NCBI GenBank assembly: GCA_039630055.1 | Contig: JBCNVN010000003.1 | Coordinates: 56,068 to 92,128, forward strand | Reading direction: 5' to 3' | DNA from: Candidatus Caldarchaeales archaeon | GTDB lineage: Archaea; Thermoproteota; Nitrososphaeria_A; Caldarchaeales; Wolframiiraptoraceae | Length of the DNA stretch: 36,061 bases | Shown: one piece after another, positions 1 through 8,381 of the stretch | Layout: every line of letters begins with the position of its first letter | Position numbering within the stretch: the first letter of the stretch is position 1 | The notes under the pieces: model-generated | Told to the model about the DNA's origin: nothing | The model's input: only the letters and a program-made list of their open reading frames with translations | The model's database searches: none | Translations under genes and position numbers: made by a program

Positions 1-1138
1 TCACCGTTTCCTGCTCTGTAAATAATATTGCACCACTTATACCTATAGTGCTAACTATCGCTTTTATCCTACTGTCTTCTATCATGTCTTTATATCCTTT
101 AGCAAGCTTCTCACCTAGTCTAGCTGCCTCCTCCATCGCTGTTCTTGTAAGTATCTTCTCCAGAGTTACTATTCCCGCCTTCACGGAGAATGGGTTTGCA
201 TTAAAGGTCCCAGCATGTGAAACCTTCCCCGGCCCGAATAGTTCCATTATCTCTTTTCTACCACCTAGAGCAGATAATGGTATACCTCCACCAATCGCTT
301 TACCAAGAGTCTTCAAATCAGGTTTAATACCATACCTCTCTTCCGCACCTCCAAACCATTTACCACACGTCTTAACCTCATCAAATATCAATACTGAGTT
401 GTATTCATTGCAATAATCTCTTAAAGTCTTTAGAAACTCTATTTCAGGCTCTATCACACCCATATTCATCGCTACAGGCTCCAATATTACTCCAGCTATC
501 TCATCTCCATACTTTCTAAACATTTCTTCAACAGACTCTACATCATTGAACTGGGCTACCACTGTATGTTTTGATATCTCCGGTATTAGTCCAGGTGAAG
601 CAAGTACTGATATAGGATGTTTTCGATGTCCAGCTTTTGAGAGGTGGGGTTTAACGCTTACAAGGAGACCGTCGCAGCTTCCATGATAACATCCTTCAAA
701 CTTCATTATCTTGTTCCTTCCAGTATATGCTCTAGCTAATCTAGCCGCATACATTGTAACCTCCATACCCGTAGAGTTAAATCTAACCATATCGAGATTA
801 AATCTTCTACAAATGATCTTTGCTAGCTTAACGCTCTCTTCAGGTTCATGCCCGAAGATCGTTCCATTCTCCAATACATTTTTTAGTTCACTTACTAGTA
901 TAGGATGTGAGTGCCCTGCAACCAATGCGCCGAACGCCATATTAAAGTCAATGTACTCGTTGTTATCAGCATCCCAAACTCTCGATCCTTTAGCTCTTCT
1001 AATAAAGAGGGGGAATGGATCGTGTACACGATAGTTGCTATTGACACCGAAAGGTGTAAGCTTCTTGTTTTCCTCAAATAATTTACATGAAGTAGAAGCC
1101 CTACTAGAGAATTTTTCATATTCTGAACTGAACGACAT
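1..1138 (-). CDS. Class III PLP aminotransferase, glutamate-1-semialdehyde aminomutase (HemL)-like; runs off the left edge
   Basis: Absent from the ORF track because it has no stop in the window. Manual minus-strand translation from ATG at 1138: MSFSSEYEKF...TPFGVNSNYRVHDPFPLFIRRAKGSRVWDADNNEYIDFNMAFGALVAGHSHP, later LIFDEVKT...PDLKTLGKAIGGG (PLP lysine) and HAGTFNANP. May be a HemL paralog given the catabolic context. Confidence 0.88.
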   Translation of the reverse strand, partial: MSFSSEYEKFSSRASTSCKLFEENKKLTPFGVNSNYRVHDPFPLFIRRAKGSRVWDADNNEYIDFNMAFGALVAGHSHPILVSELKNVLENGTIFGHEPEESVKLAKIICRRFNLDMVRFNSTGMEVTMYAARLARAYTGRNKIMKFEGCYHGSCDGLLVSVKPHLSKAGHRKHPISVLASPGLIPEISKHTVVAQFNDVESVEEMFRKYGDEIAGVILEPVAMNMGVIEPEIEFLKTLRDYCNEYNSVLIFDEVKTCGKWFGGAEERYGIKPDLKTLGKAIGGGIPLSALGGRKEIMELFGPGKVSHAGTFNANPFSVKAGIVTLEKILTRTAMEEAARLGEKLAKGYKDMIEDSRIKAIVSTIGISGAILFTEQETV

Positions 1139-1195
1139 ATAACTAACCTCAAAAGATGACTTGATATAGATGGCTAAAAACTTTTTCTCTTATTA

Positions 1196-2002
1196 TTAGT
1201 ACCATTCTTCAACCTCATTATACCATTTCTCTTTTATGCCTATCGATGCTCTCTTCATCCATTTCTTACTCTTTGGAGCTTCTTCTAAAAACTTTATAAT
1301 TCTATGGATTCTATCTGAAACTATAGATGCGTCTTCTAAATTTATATCGTATTCATTTATCTTCGTAGATGTAAGTTTGAGGTTCATGGTTACGGTATAC
1401 CAGAAACCCCAGTCATCGAATAATCCTTGATAGTTGAATGCTTCTAGATTTATCTTGTCATTATCATCGTAACCTATGTCATGAGCTCTTATAAGGACTA
1501 TTATATCTTTAATATCTTTCTCATTTATCTTGACGATCTGTAATTTTTCCAAGAGTAGTTCCGCTAATGGTATAGTTATAGAGTCTTTTTCAAGTCTATT
1601 CTCGAACCTGATAGAGTGGTTCATCTGGAGTTTATCTAGGAATACTTCTACCATCGGTATTCTCGAACCGTAATATATCTGTCTTGTTCTCCCATAATAC
1701 ATCAACAGTCTATTGTCTACTTGATAACCCATACTTCTAAGAAGGTTAAAGTAAGAATCTCTCTGTTTTCCATATCCCGCCAGGTCGATATCTGTAAATA
1801 CTTTTTGAGATAATCTGCCTAATTTCTTCCATAGAGCTTCATACTCCATACTATGAATGTACACTGCAATTCCTCCCATTATCCGTAGTATTAATCCTCG
1901 TCTATTGGCTGATTCAACAATATCCAGTGCCTCTTTTACGAATTCTTCTGGCTTTGGGTATTCTTCTGGTGGTATATCACTAGGCAACTTGAATCTATGC
2001 AT
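1196..2002 (-). CDS. Uncharacterised nucleotidyltransferase-fold (Pol-beta superfamily-like) protein
   Basis: Motif LRIMGGIAV...FTDIDL plus a downstream acidic strand (VEVFLD) and C-terminal KDxxD resemble the GG/GS...DxD signature of NTase-fold proteins. Start moved to ATG 2002 (MHRFKL), which has GGTGA just upstream overlapping the stop of the previous gene; the ORF track starts at 2020. Confidence 0.6.
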   Translation of the reverse strand: MHRFKLPSDIPPEEYPKPEEFVKEALDIVESANRRGLILRIMGGIAVYIHSMEYEALWKKLGRLSQKVFTDIDLAGYGKQRDSYFNLLRSMGYQVDNRLLMYYGRTRQIYYGSRIPMVEVFLDKLQMNHSIRFENRLEKDSITIPLAELLLEKLQIVKINEKDIKDIIVLIRAHDIGYDDNDKINLEAFNYQGLFDDWGFWYTVTMNLKLTSTKINEYDINLEDASIVSDRIHRIIKFLEEAPKSKKWMKRASIGIKEKWYNEVEEWY

Positions 2003-2006
2003 ATAT

Positions 2007-2939
2007 TCACCCAGATACAAACATAAAGCTCTTTAAATTATCTTTCTCTAATTCTATGATGACGCCCCTCATTATTCCTTCACCATATTCGCTCCCCGGA
2101 TTAATACAAGTAGTTCTTCCTATCTTTTGAGAGCCTTTAGACTCATGTATATGTCCATGAAGCCCCAGTATTGGTTGATATTTCTTTATGGCCTCGAGGA
2201 CTGCGATGCTTCCTACATGGACCATCTCGGAGACAGATGGTCTCATATCTTTTGAGAGTTTAGGTGCGAGGTCTAATGGTGTACCGAAAGGTGGTGCATG
2301 AAGATTGAATACCGCTCTCTCAATATCATCTATCTCTCCAGCAAGCCTATCTATTATCTGGGCCAGCTCTTCCTCACTTATTTCTCTCGGAGTCCTCCAA
2401 GGGGTTGGATTCGTATATGGGACAGTTATCATCTCGTGAAAATCGTCGATGTACACTTTTCTCATACATACATTTATGATGACTTTACTACTATTCAGTA
2501 TATCTTCGATATCCCATGGATCATCATTTCCAGCAGAGATGAAAAATCTTATCTCTTTATCTTTTAGTCTTTCTTCTGCTAATTGTATCCATTTTCGGAG
2601 CCTCTCCTTAATCTCATTTATAAACAATCTATCTCTTTCTTCAGGACTCTCTTCAAGTTCTTCGAATTTTCTTCTATCCATCGTTACGGGATAGTAGCCC
2701 ACAGCCATGATCTCTTTTTTTAATTCTTCTATCTGAGTTTCCTTCACCTTCTTCTTCTCTCCCAAGAAGGTAACACTATAACTACCATCCTCATTCTTTA
2801 TTATAGGTATAATTAATTTTCCCGAAAGATCTCCCATCATTATACCTACATCTATCTTATATATTGATAGAGCGTTTAAGAATTTTCTAAAAACGTATTC
2901 TGAGCCATGTACATCTGTTGTGAATAAGATTCGAGTCAT
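2007..2939 (-). CDS. Calcineurin-like (Icc-type) metallophosphoesterase
   Basis: Metal-binding motifs DVHG, GDLSG, GNDD, HAPP, HGHIHE and INPGS are present in the canonical order. Confidence 0.9.
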   Translation of the reverse strand: MTRILFTTDVHGSEYVFRKFLNALSIYKIDVGIMMGDLSGKLIIPIIKNEDGSYSVTFLGEKKKVKETQIEELKKEIMAVGYYPVTMDRRKFEELEESPEERDRLFINEIKERLRKWIQLAEERLKDKEIRFFISAGNDDPWDIEDILNSSKVIINVCMRKVYIDDFHEMITVPYTNPTPWRTPREISEEELAQIIDRLAGEIDDIERAVFNLHAPPFGTPLDLAPKLSKDMRPSVSEMVHVGSIAVLEAIKKYQPILGLHGHIHESKGSQKIGRTTCINPGSEYGEGIMRGVIIELEKDNLKSFMFVSG

Positions 2940-2963
2940 GGTCTCTACCTAAAAAATATATGC

Positions 2964-4592
2964 CTACTCTGGAGGCAGCTCTCTCCATGCCAGATCAATC
3001 TCAATCCCTTTCTTCTTCCATCTCCATCTCCAACCATAGTACCATGCTGCTCCGAATATCCATAATCCCAAGAACCACATTATTGCCAATGGTGTGACAG
3101 CTTCAAGGCCAGGTGTTGTGTAGAAAAAGTAGAGCAATATACCAATGTATACAACATCTATAATACCTGCTATTGTTAGAATTGGGATGGGTCCGATCTT
3201 CCATCTCTTGTAGGGTGATGTCTCCCATATGGTTCTAGCTTTGCCTATGAATGGAAATATTATCGCAGCGATGGCTGTTACACCCCATATACTAACACAC
3301 TCGGTAGCTGTTACGGCTAGACCGGCAAACCACTCAGGATTGAGACTGTACAAGATTATTCCTATCTCGCTAGTTACAAAGATGAAAACTAGATTCTTTA
3401 ATGGGGAAGCCCACTTTGGATGCACTTCAGAGAGCCAGAGAGGTCCCATCCTATCCATTCCCCATGCGACGGCTATCCTACTTGCTGCCACATAGGACAT
3501 AGGGATCCAGATATAGTCTGCCAAGATCAATGAAAGAGATGCAAAGATTGCTAGAAGTACGCCTGTAAATGTTGAAGTATCAATGAAGACTCTTGACATA
3601 CCTACAAAATTTGCAGGGAAGGGCATATTGTAGCCTTCAAGTCCGACATTATCGGCTATCGATAAGGCTCTCATAAAATCTACGCCTACCACTCTAGGAT
3701 ATATTATAGAGAAGATCAATGCAAACACGGCTGGGACGATAATCGCTCCGATCTGAGAGAGTAGTAAATTTCTCTGAGGTCTCTTTACCTCTCCCCCTAT
3801 AACGCTAACCGCCCATCCATAGTGAGCCCACCAAGAATTAACGACCATTAAACCTAAAGTTCCGAATATTATCGGAAGCGTAGGGGTAAATATCTCAGGG
3901 TAAGCTTCTTTAGCCGCCTCGATCATCTCGTTATAGCTTAGAGATCCATATTCTGCAGCCATCTTGTTCCAGGCGGAGACGAAGTCTGCATTTGTATGCA
4001 TTCCGAGAATTATCCCGACAGTCGCCAATGTTATTATTGATAATGTCATTACTATCTTTTGATGAAGTAGGTACCATCTTAAACCATAGAAGGCGAATGA
4101 AAATCCAAGAATGTTTACTGTCGTCGCTACGGTAAACATACCTATAGGAGTCTTAACCCATTCCGCAGCCTCAACAGCATCGATCATACCGAATAATGTT
4201 GTAAGACCTGGGTCAGCTATCCATGGGGAGAGTATCACTATCCATAGCCACCAAATAAAGAAGTCTCCGAAGCTTACGGCCATTCCGATCGCTGGATGAA
4301 TTATTCTTGAATTGTAAATATAGCATCCTCCACTTCTAGGCATAGAGGCTGCTAAAATACCCCAGACGAGCGCTACTCCAGGCAATGTAAAAATTACACT
4401 TAATATTACAGAGCCTAATAGGTCTCCTGAAGGAAATAGGAAAACTCCCCAGCTTAAAAGCATCCATAACGCTATTGCTATCCCTTGATTCATAAAGCCA
4501 AATGAGAATGCGTCTATAAATGATGCCTGTCTAACAAGACCACTAGCTCTCCTAGCAAATATCTCTCTCGGAATAAACTCTTTATCACTCAT
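2964..4592 (-). CDS. APC-superfamily amino acid/polyamine permease
   Basis: 542 aa with about 12 or more hydrophobic segments; N-terminal FxRxASGLVR, MPRSGGxY, GGEVKxP and C-terminal ELPPE are typical of archaeal APC permeases. Confidence 0.88.
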   Translation of the reverse strand: MSDKEFIPREIFARRASGLVRQASFIDAFSFGFMNQGIAIALWMLLSWGVFLFPSGDLLGSVILSVIFTLPGVALVWGILAASMPRSGGCYIYNSRIIHPAIGMAVSFGDFFIWWLWIVILSPWIADPGLTTLFGMIDAVEAAEWVKTPIGMFTVATTVNILGFSFAFYGLRWYLLHQKIVMTLSIITLATVGIILGMHTNADFVSAWNKMAAEYGSLSYNEMIEAAKEAYPEIFTPTLPIIFGTLGLMVVNSWWAHYGWAVSVIGGEVKRPQRNLLLSQIGAIIVPAVFALIFSIIYPRVVGVDFMRALSIADNVGLEGYNMPFPANFVGMSRVFIDTSTFTGVLLAIFASLSLILADYIWIPMSYVAASRIAVAWGMDRMGPLWLSEVHPKWASPLKNLVFIFVTSEIGIILYSLNPEWFAGLAVTATECVSIWGVTAIAAIIFPFIGKARTIWETSPYKRWKIGPIPILTIAGIIDVVYIGILLYFFYTTPGLEAVTPLAIMWFLGLWIFGAAWYYGWRWRWKKKGIEIDLAWRELPPE

Positions 4593-4881
4593 ATTTCTAT
4601 ACCTTTATTTATGCGGATCGAAAAATATATTTTTTTCATATATTTAAAAACCAGACATGTATGTATTACGAATAGTTGATGCTTCTCTTTTCGATAAGTA
4701 ACAAATTTTTGGGATTTGGATACAGAAAGTCTGATACTTTTATCTAAGATCTTTATAAGACAGCATCAACTTTAAACATAACCTATCTTCAAAGTATTGT
4801 GTCAGAATTGTGAAGAGAATAGATTGTAGAGCATTATCGCAAGAACAGAAAGTTATCGGTAGAATATCTTAGATACTTCTT

Positions 4882-5334
4882 CTAAAGCTTTTGTAAAATT
4901 TCATTAAGAACCTTACACATTCTTTGAGATTCTTTCGAGAAAGATTTTAACAGTAGTGCTGCATCTCCAGACATTCGCACTATCTTCGATGAAACTTCTC
5001 TATAGAGATTCTCGAACATCCCTTCTACATCGATTAAAGTCCTTCCAAGATTACTAGAATTCAATAATCTTCTCATCTCTTCTAATCTAGATGTGAGGGA
5101 TGGAAATGACATCGGTTCAAGCGCCATCTCTATGACGGTCTCTCTAGAAGTCTTCTTTAAAGCATCTACCCTTTCCCTATGAACTCTAGCGAGATCTCTT
5201 AGAGCTTTCTTCATCTGGGGATCTTCTATCCTATCTGCCTTCTCTACACATCTATCACTAAATTCTTCTTCTAGTTTTATGAGGAGACTTATCAGCTGGC
5301 TGAAGGTGTAGTTTTCTTCCAAGAATCTCACCAT
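4882..5334 (-). CDS. Hypothetical helical protein, possibly a degenerate ferritin/rubrerythrin-like four-helix bundle
   Basis: 150 aa, helical composition with two similar halves (LIKLEEEF.../LIDVEGMFENLY...); overlaps the upstream dehydrogenase by 7 nt. Confidence 0.5.
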   Translation of the reverse strand: MVRFLEENYTFSQLISLLIKLEEEFSDRCVEKADRIEDPQMKKALRDLARVHRERVDALKKTSRETVIEMALEPMSFPSLTSRLEEMRRLLNSSNLGRTLIDVEGMFENLYREVSSKIVRMSGDAALLLKSFSKESQRMCKVLNEILQKL

Positions 5335-6818
5335 CTCGTGATTATTATCCTCTTATTTGTAAAGAAGTCGACGCAGTCTATTTGTCCGTGGAGAACTCCG
5401 AAGAAAGAATCTTTCCATCCACCAAATGGGAAGAAGGCCATAGGTGCTGCTATCCCTACGTTTATACCGATATTTCCAACAGTGACCCTTTTCCTAAATT
5501 CTCTAGCATTCTTTCCACTCCTAGTAAATATCGAGGCAGCATTTCCATAATTATTATTATTTATCATCTCTATTGCTTCATCGAGGTTTCTTGCAGGCAT
5601 AATCGAGACAACGGGGCCGAATATCTCTTCTCTCGCTATCTTCATATCTGGAGCGACTTCATCGAAGACTGTCGGGCCTATAAAATATCCTTTAGGATAC
5701 TCTGGAACCTTCGAATTTCTTCCATCTAGGATTAGCTTCGCCCCCTCTTCTAAACCCTTTTCCACGTATCCGGTCACACGTTCTAAAGCCTTCTTAGTAA
5801 CAAGAGGACCCATATTAGCTGATTCATCCAATCCATATCCTAGCTTCAGTCTCTTAGATGCTTCTATAAACTTTCTTATTAGTGGTTCATAGATCTCTCC
5901 TACCGGTACTAGGTTTGAGCCTGAGAGACACCGTTGACCCGTGTTTCCATAGAAGGATGTGATCAGGGCAGGAATGGTAAGCTCGAGATCTGCATCCGGC
6001 ATAACTATTATGAAGTTCTTTGCTCCAGCTTGGACTATAGCGCGTTTCCCATATTCACCTGCAAGTTTGTATACTTGTTTTCCAACATGTGTTGAGCCGA
6101 CGAAACAGACTCCCTGTATGCTGGAGTGGGTTATCATGTTTATAGCTGTATCTTTTCCTCCATGTACCATGTTTATGACGCCTGCAGGAAGCTTGACTTC
6201 TTGAAGTACATGCATCAACCAGTCCATAGCAACTGGAGTTATCTCACTTGGTTTAACTACTATTGTATTTCCGAGGACTAGTGCATAAGGTATGAACCAG
6301 AATGGGGCCATAACAGGGAAGTTGAAGGGGCCGATAATCGAGAAGACCCCCATGGGTTCTCTTACGAGAGTTTCATCTATACCCGATGCAACTTGATCGA
6401 GTTGTTCACCCTTCTGAAGGGTATAAGCTATGGCCGCCGCTGTCTCCACATTCTCTATTAATCTTCTTACCTCACCTCTAGCTTCATCTATCACTTTTCC
6501 ATGATTCTGGGATATAATGCGGGATATCTCTTCAAAATGCTCTTCTAAGACATGCCACATCTTGTAGATGTATCTTACCCTCGTTGTTACTGGAAGCTCA
6601 GCCCAAGCTGGAAATGCTTCTTCCGCTGTCTTTATTGCTTCATCGACTTCATCTCTTGTTGCAAATGGGACTTCAGCTATCGTTGTATCTTTTGCAGGGT
6701 TCATAGAGGGGATAACCTCATCTGAGTCCGAATCGACCCATTCACCATCTATATAGAGCTTTAATCTTCCATAGTATTGTTTTACTTCTTCAAGAATCCC
6801 CAAGGAATGCACCTTCAA
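5328..6818 (-). CDS. mmsA: CoA-acylating (methyl)malonate-semialdehyde dehydrogenase (ALDH family)
   Basis: PFNFP, KPSE, FVGST, GAKN (no general-base Glu, as in CoA-acylating MSDHs), GQRC catalytic Cys, EEIFGPV, YGNAASIFT, FFPFGGWKDSFFG; TTG start. Confidence 0.85.
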   Translation of the reverse strand: MKVHSLGILEEVKQYYGRLKLYIDGEWVDSDSDEVIPSMNPAKDTTIAEVPFATRDEVDEAIKTAEEAFPAWAELPVTTRVRYIYKMWHVLEEHFEEISRIISQNHGKVIDEARGEVRRLIENVETAAAIAYTLQKGEQLDQVASGIDETLVREPMGVFSIIGPFNFPVMAPFWFIPYALVLGNTIVVKPSEITPVAMDWLMHVLQEVKLPAGVINMVHGGKDTAINMITHSSIQGVCFVGSTHVGKQVYKLAGEYGKRAIVQAGAKNFIIVMPDADLELTIPALITSFYGNTGQRCLSGSNLVPVGEIYEPLIRKFIEASKRLKLGYGLDESANMGPLVTKKALERVTGYVEKGLEEGAKLILDGRNSKVPEYPKGYFIGPTVFDEVAPDMKIAREEIFGPVVSIMPARNLDEAIEMINNNNYGNAASIFTRSGKNAREFRKRVTVGNIGINVGIAAPMAFFPFGGWKDSFFGVLHGQIDCVDFFTNKRIIITRW

Positions 6819-6960
6819 AACTCATAGTTGTAACTTAGAATTTAAAGATTCATTCCATGTAAATATAGATCGAAAAATCCATGTCTTTATAAATTATTCA
6901 ATATAAGTGGAGGTTGTGGTTTCTAATATATTATCTTGCATAGTTTAGATCGTAGAGAGA

Positions 6961-7911
6961 TTAAGAGAGTAGGAGAGCCATGATCGCGGCTTCAGTCCAT
7001 AGTCTATTCTCTGCTTGATCATAAACTACAGACCATCTTCCATCTATTACTTCGCTCGTCATCTCATTTCCCCTATAGGCTGGGAGACAGTGCATGAATA
7101 TTGCATCTTCTTTTGCAAGATTCATAACGTCAACAGTTACTGTGAATGGTTTGAAATCTTCCTTCCTCTTCTCTTTATCCATCTCCGGCTTCCCCATACT
7201 CCACCAAGTATTAGCATAGACTATATCCGCTCCCTTTACAGCCTCTCTTATATCATGGACAATCTCCAGTCTTGTCCCGTTTCTAGATGCAGCATCTTGA
7301 CCGAACTTCCATATCTCTGGTAAAGGATCATACCCTTTAGGTGCAGCTATTATCAAATCTATTCCGAATAGGGGGGCCACAGTTATGAGTGAGTGGCAGA
7401 CATTCCACACATCCCCAGTGTAGACCATCTTTAACTCTTGAAGCCTTCCCTTCTTCTCTTTTATGGTCATCAAGTCGGCCATAGCTTGACATGGATGTTC
7501 TTCATCTGTAAGAGCATTTATCACCGGGTTTTTCATGTACTCTGCATACTCTACTACCTCACTCTGTTCAAATGTTCTTATAACGAGGGCGTCAAAATAT
7601 CTATCTAAGACTTTTGCGGTATCGATTATCGGCTCACCCCTAGCAAGCTGTAGCTCATCAGGTCTCATATAGACCGAGAATGCTCCCAGCCTACTGGCGG
7701 CTACTTGAAACGAGTTTCTAGTTCTAGTCGAAGGCTTCTTAAAGATTAGAGCGATATTCCTTCCATCCAAGATCTCTCTAAGATTCCTCCTCATACCTCC
7801 ATAAAACATTGATTTGAGCTGGAAGGAGAGATCCAGTATATGGGATAATTCTTCTTTTGTAAAATCTCTAGTCGTGATAAAATCTCTACCTCTAAGAGAA
7901 TATCCTACCAT
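6961..7911 (-). CDS. Ornithine-carbamoyltransferase-family transcarbamylase with an atypical substrate loop
   Basis: STRTR, HPCQ, HCLP, QAENR and SMG motifs. ATG 7911 (MVGYSLRGRDF) is a more likely start than TTG 7974. The DxxxSMG Asp is replaced by Asn, so argF is not assigned. Confidence 0.85.
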   Translation of the reverse strand: MVGYSLRGRDFITTRDFTKEELSHILDLSFQLKSMFYGGMRRNLREILDGRNIALIFKKPSTRTRNSFQVAASRLGAFSVYMRPDELQLARGEPIIDTAKVLDRYFDALVIRTFEQSEVVEYAEYMKNPVINALTDEEHPCQAMADLMTIKEKKGRLQELKMVYTGDVWNVCHSLITVAPLFGIDLIIAAPKGYDPLPEIWKFGQDAASRNGTRLEIVHDIREAVKGADIVYANTWWSMGKPEMDKEKRKEDFKPFTVTVDVMNLAKEDAIFMHCLPAYRGNEMTSEVIDGRWSVVYDQAENRLWTEAAIMALLLS

Positions 7912-8005
7912 AAGCTTCTCTAACACAACGTTGAGAGTATCATAAATATATGTGTATCTTGAGAATAATTTCAAAATTTAAATATTGTTCATGGAAAAAA
8001 TCTTT

Positions 8006-8283
8006 GTGAGTAAGATAGAGGATTAAAAATCGATCTCCAATTTTCATACTCCTCCATATAATTCAATCCTCGACTCGGCACCTAAGCTGTTAGAAAGGCT
8101 ATTGAAAAATATCAACCGATTTTAGGACTCCATGGACATATTCATGAGTCGAGGGGTGTGACGCAGATAGGTAGAACACTCTGTATCAATCCGGGCAGCG
8201 AATATTCAGAAGGTATTCTTCATGGAGTAATAGTTGATCTAAGCAAAGGTAAGATTGATAGGTACTTGCTCACAACAGGCTAA
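8006..8283 (+). pseudogene. Decayed C-terminal fragment of a second Icc-type metallophosphoesterase
   Basis: Manual translation: VSKIED*KSISNFHTPPYNSILDSAPKL, frameshift, then AVRKAIEKYQPILGLHGHIHESRGVTQIGRTLCINPGSEYSEGILHGVIVDLSKGKIDRYLLTTG*. Clearly homologous to the C-terminus of 2007..2939. Confidence 0.88.
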
Positions 8284-8381
8284 TCAAGAGTTTCTTAGAT
8301 TATTTTTAATCAAACAAGACAAGTATCTCTGAGAGTTGTCTCCAATCTGGAAAACCATCTATCAAGTAGATCTGGAGGAGG

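Noticed and set aside
895-1152. 85-aa minus-strand ORF in the track
   Set aside because: Out-of-frame shadow of the aminotransferase that starts at 1138.
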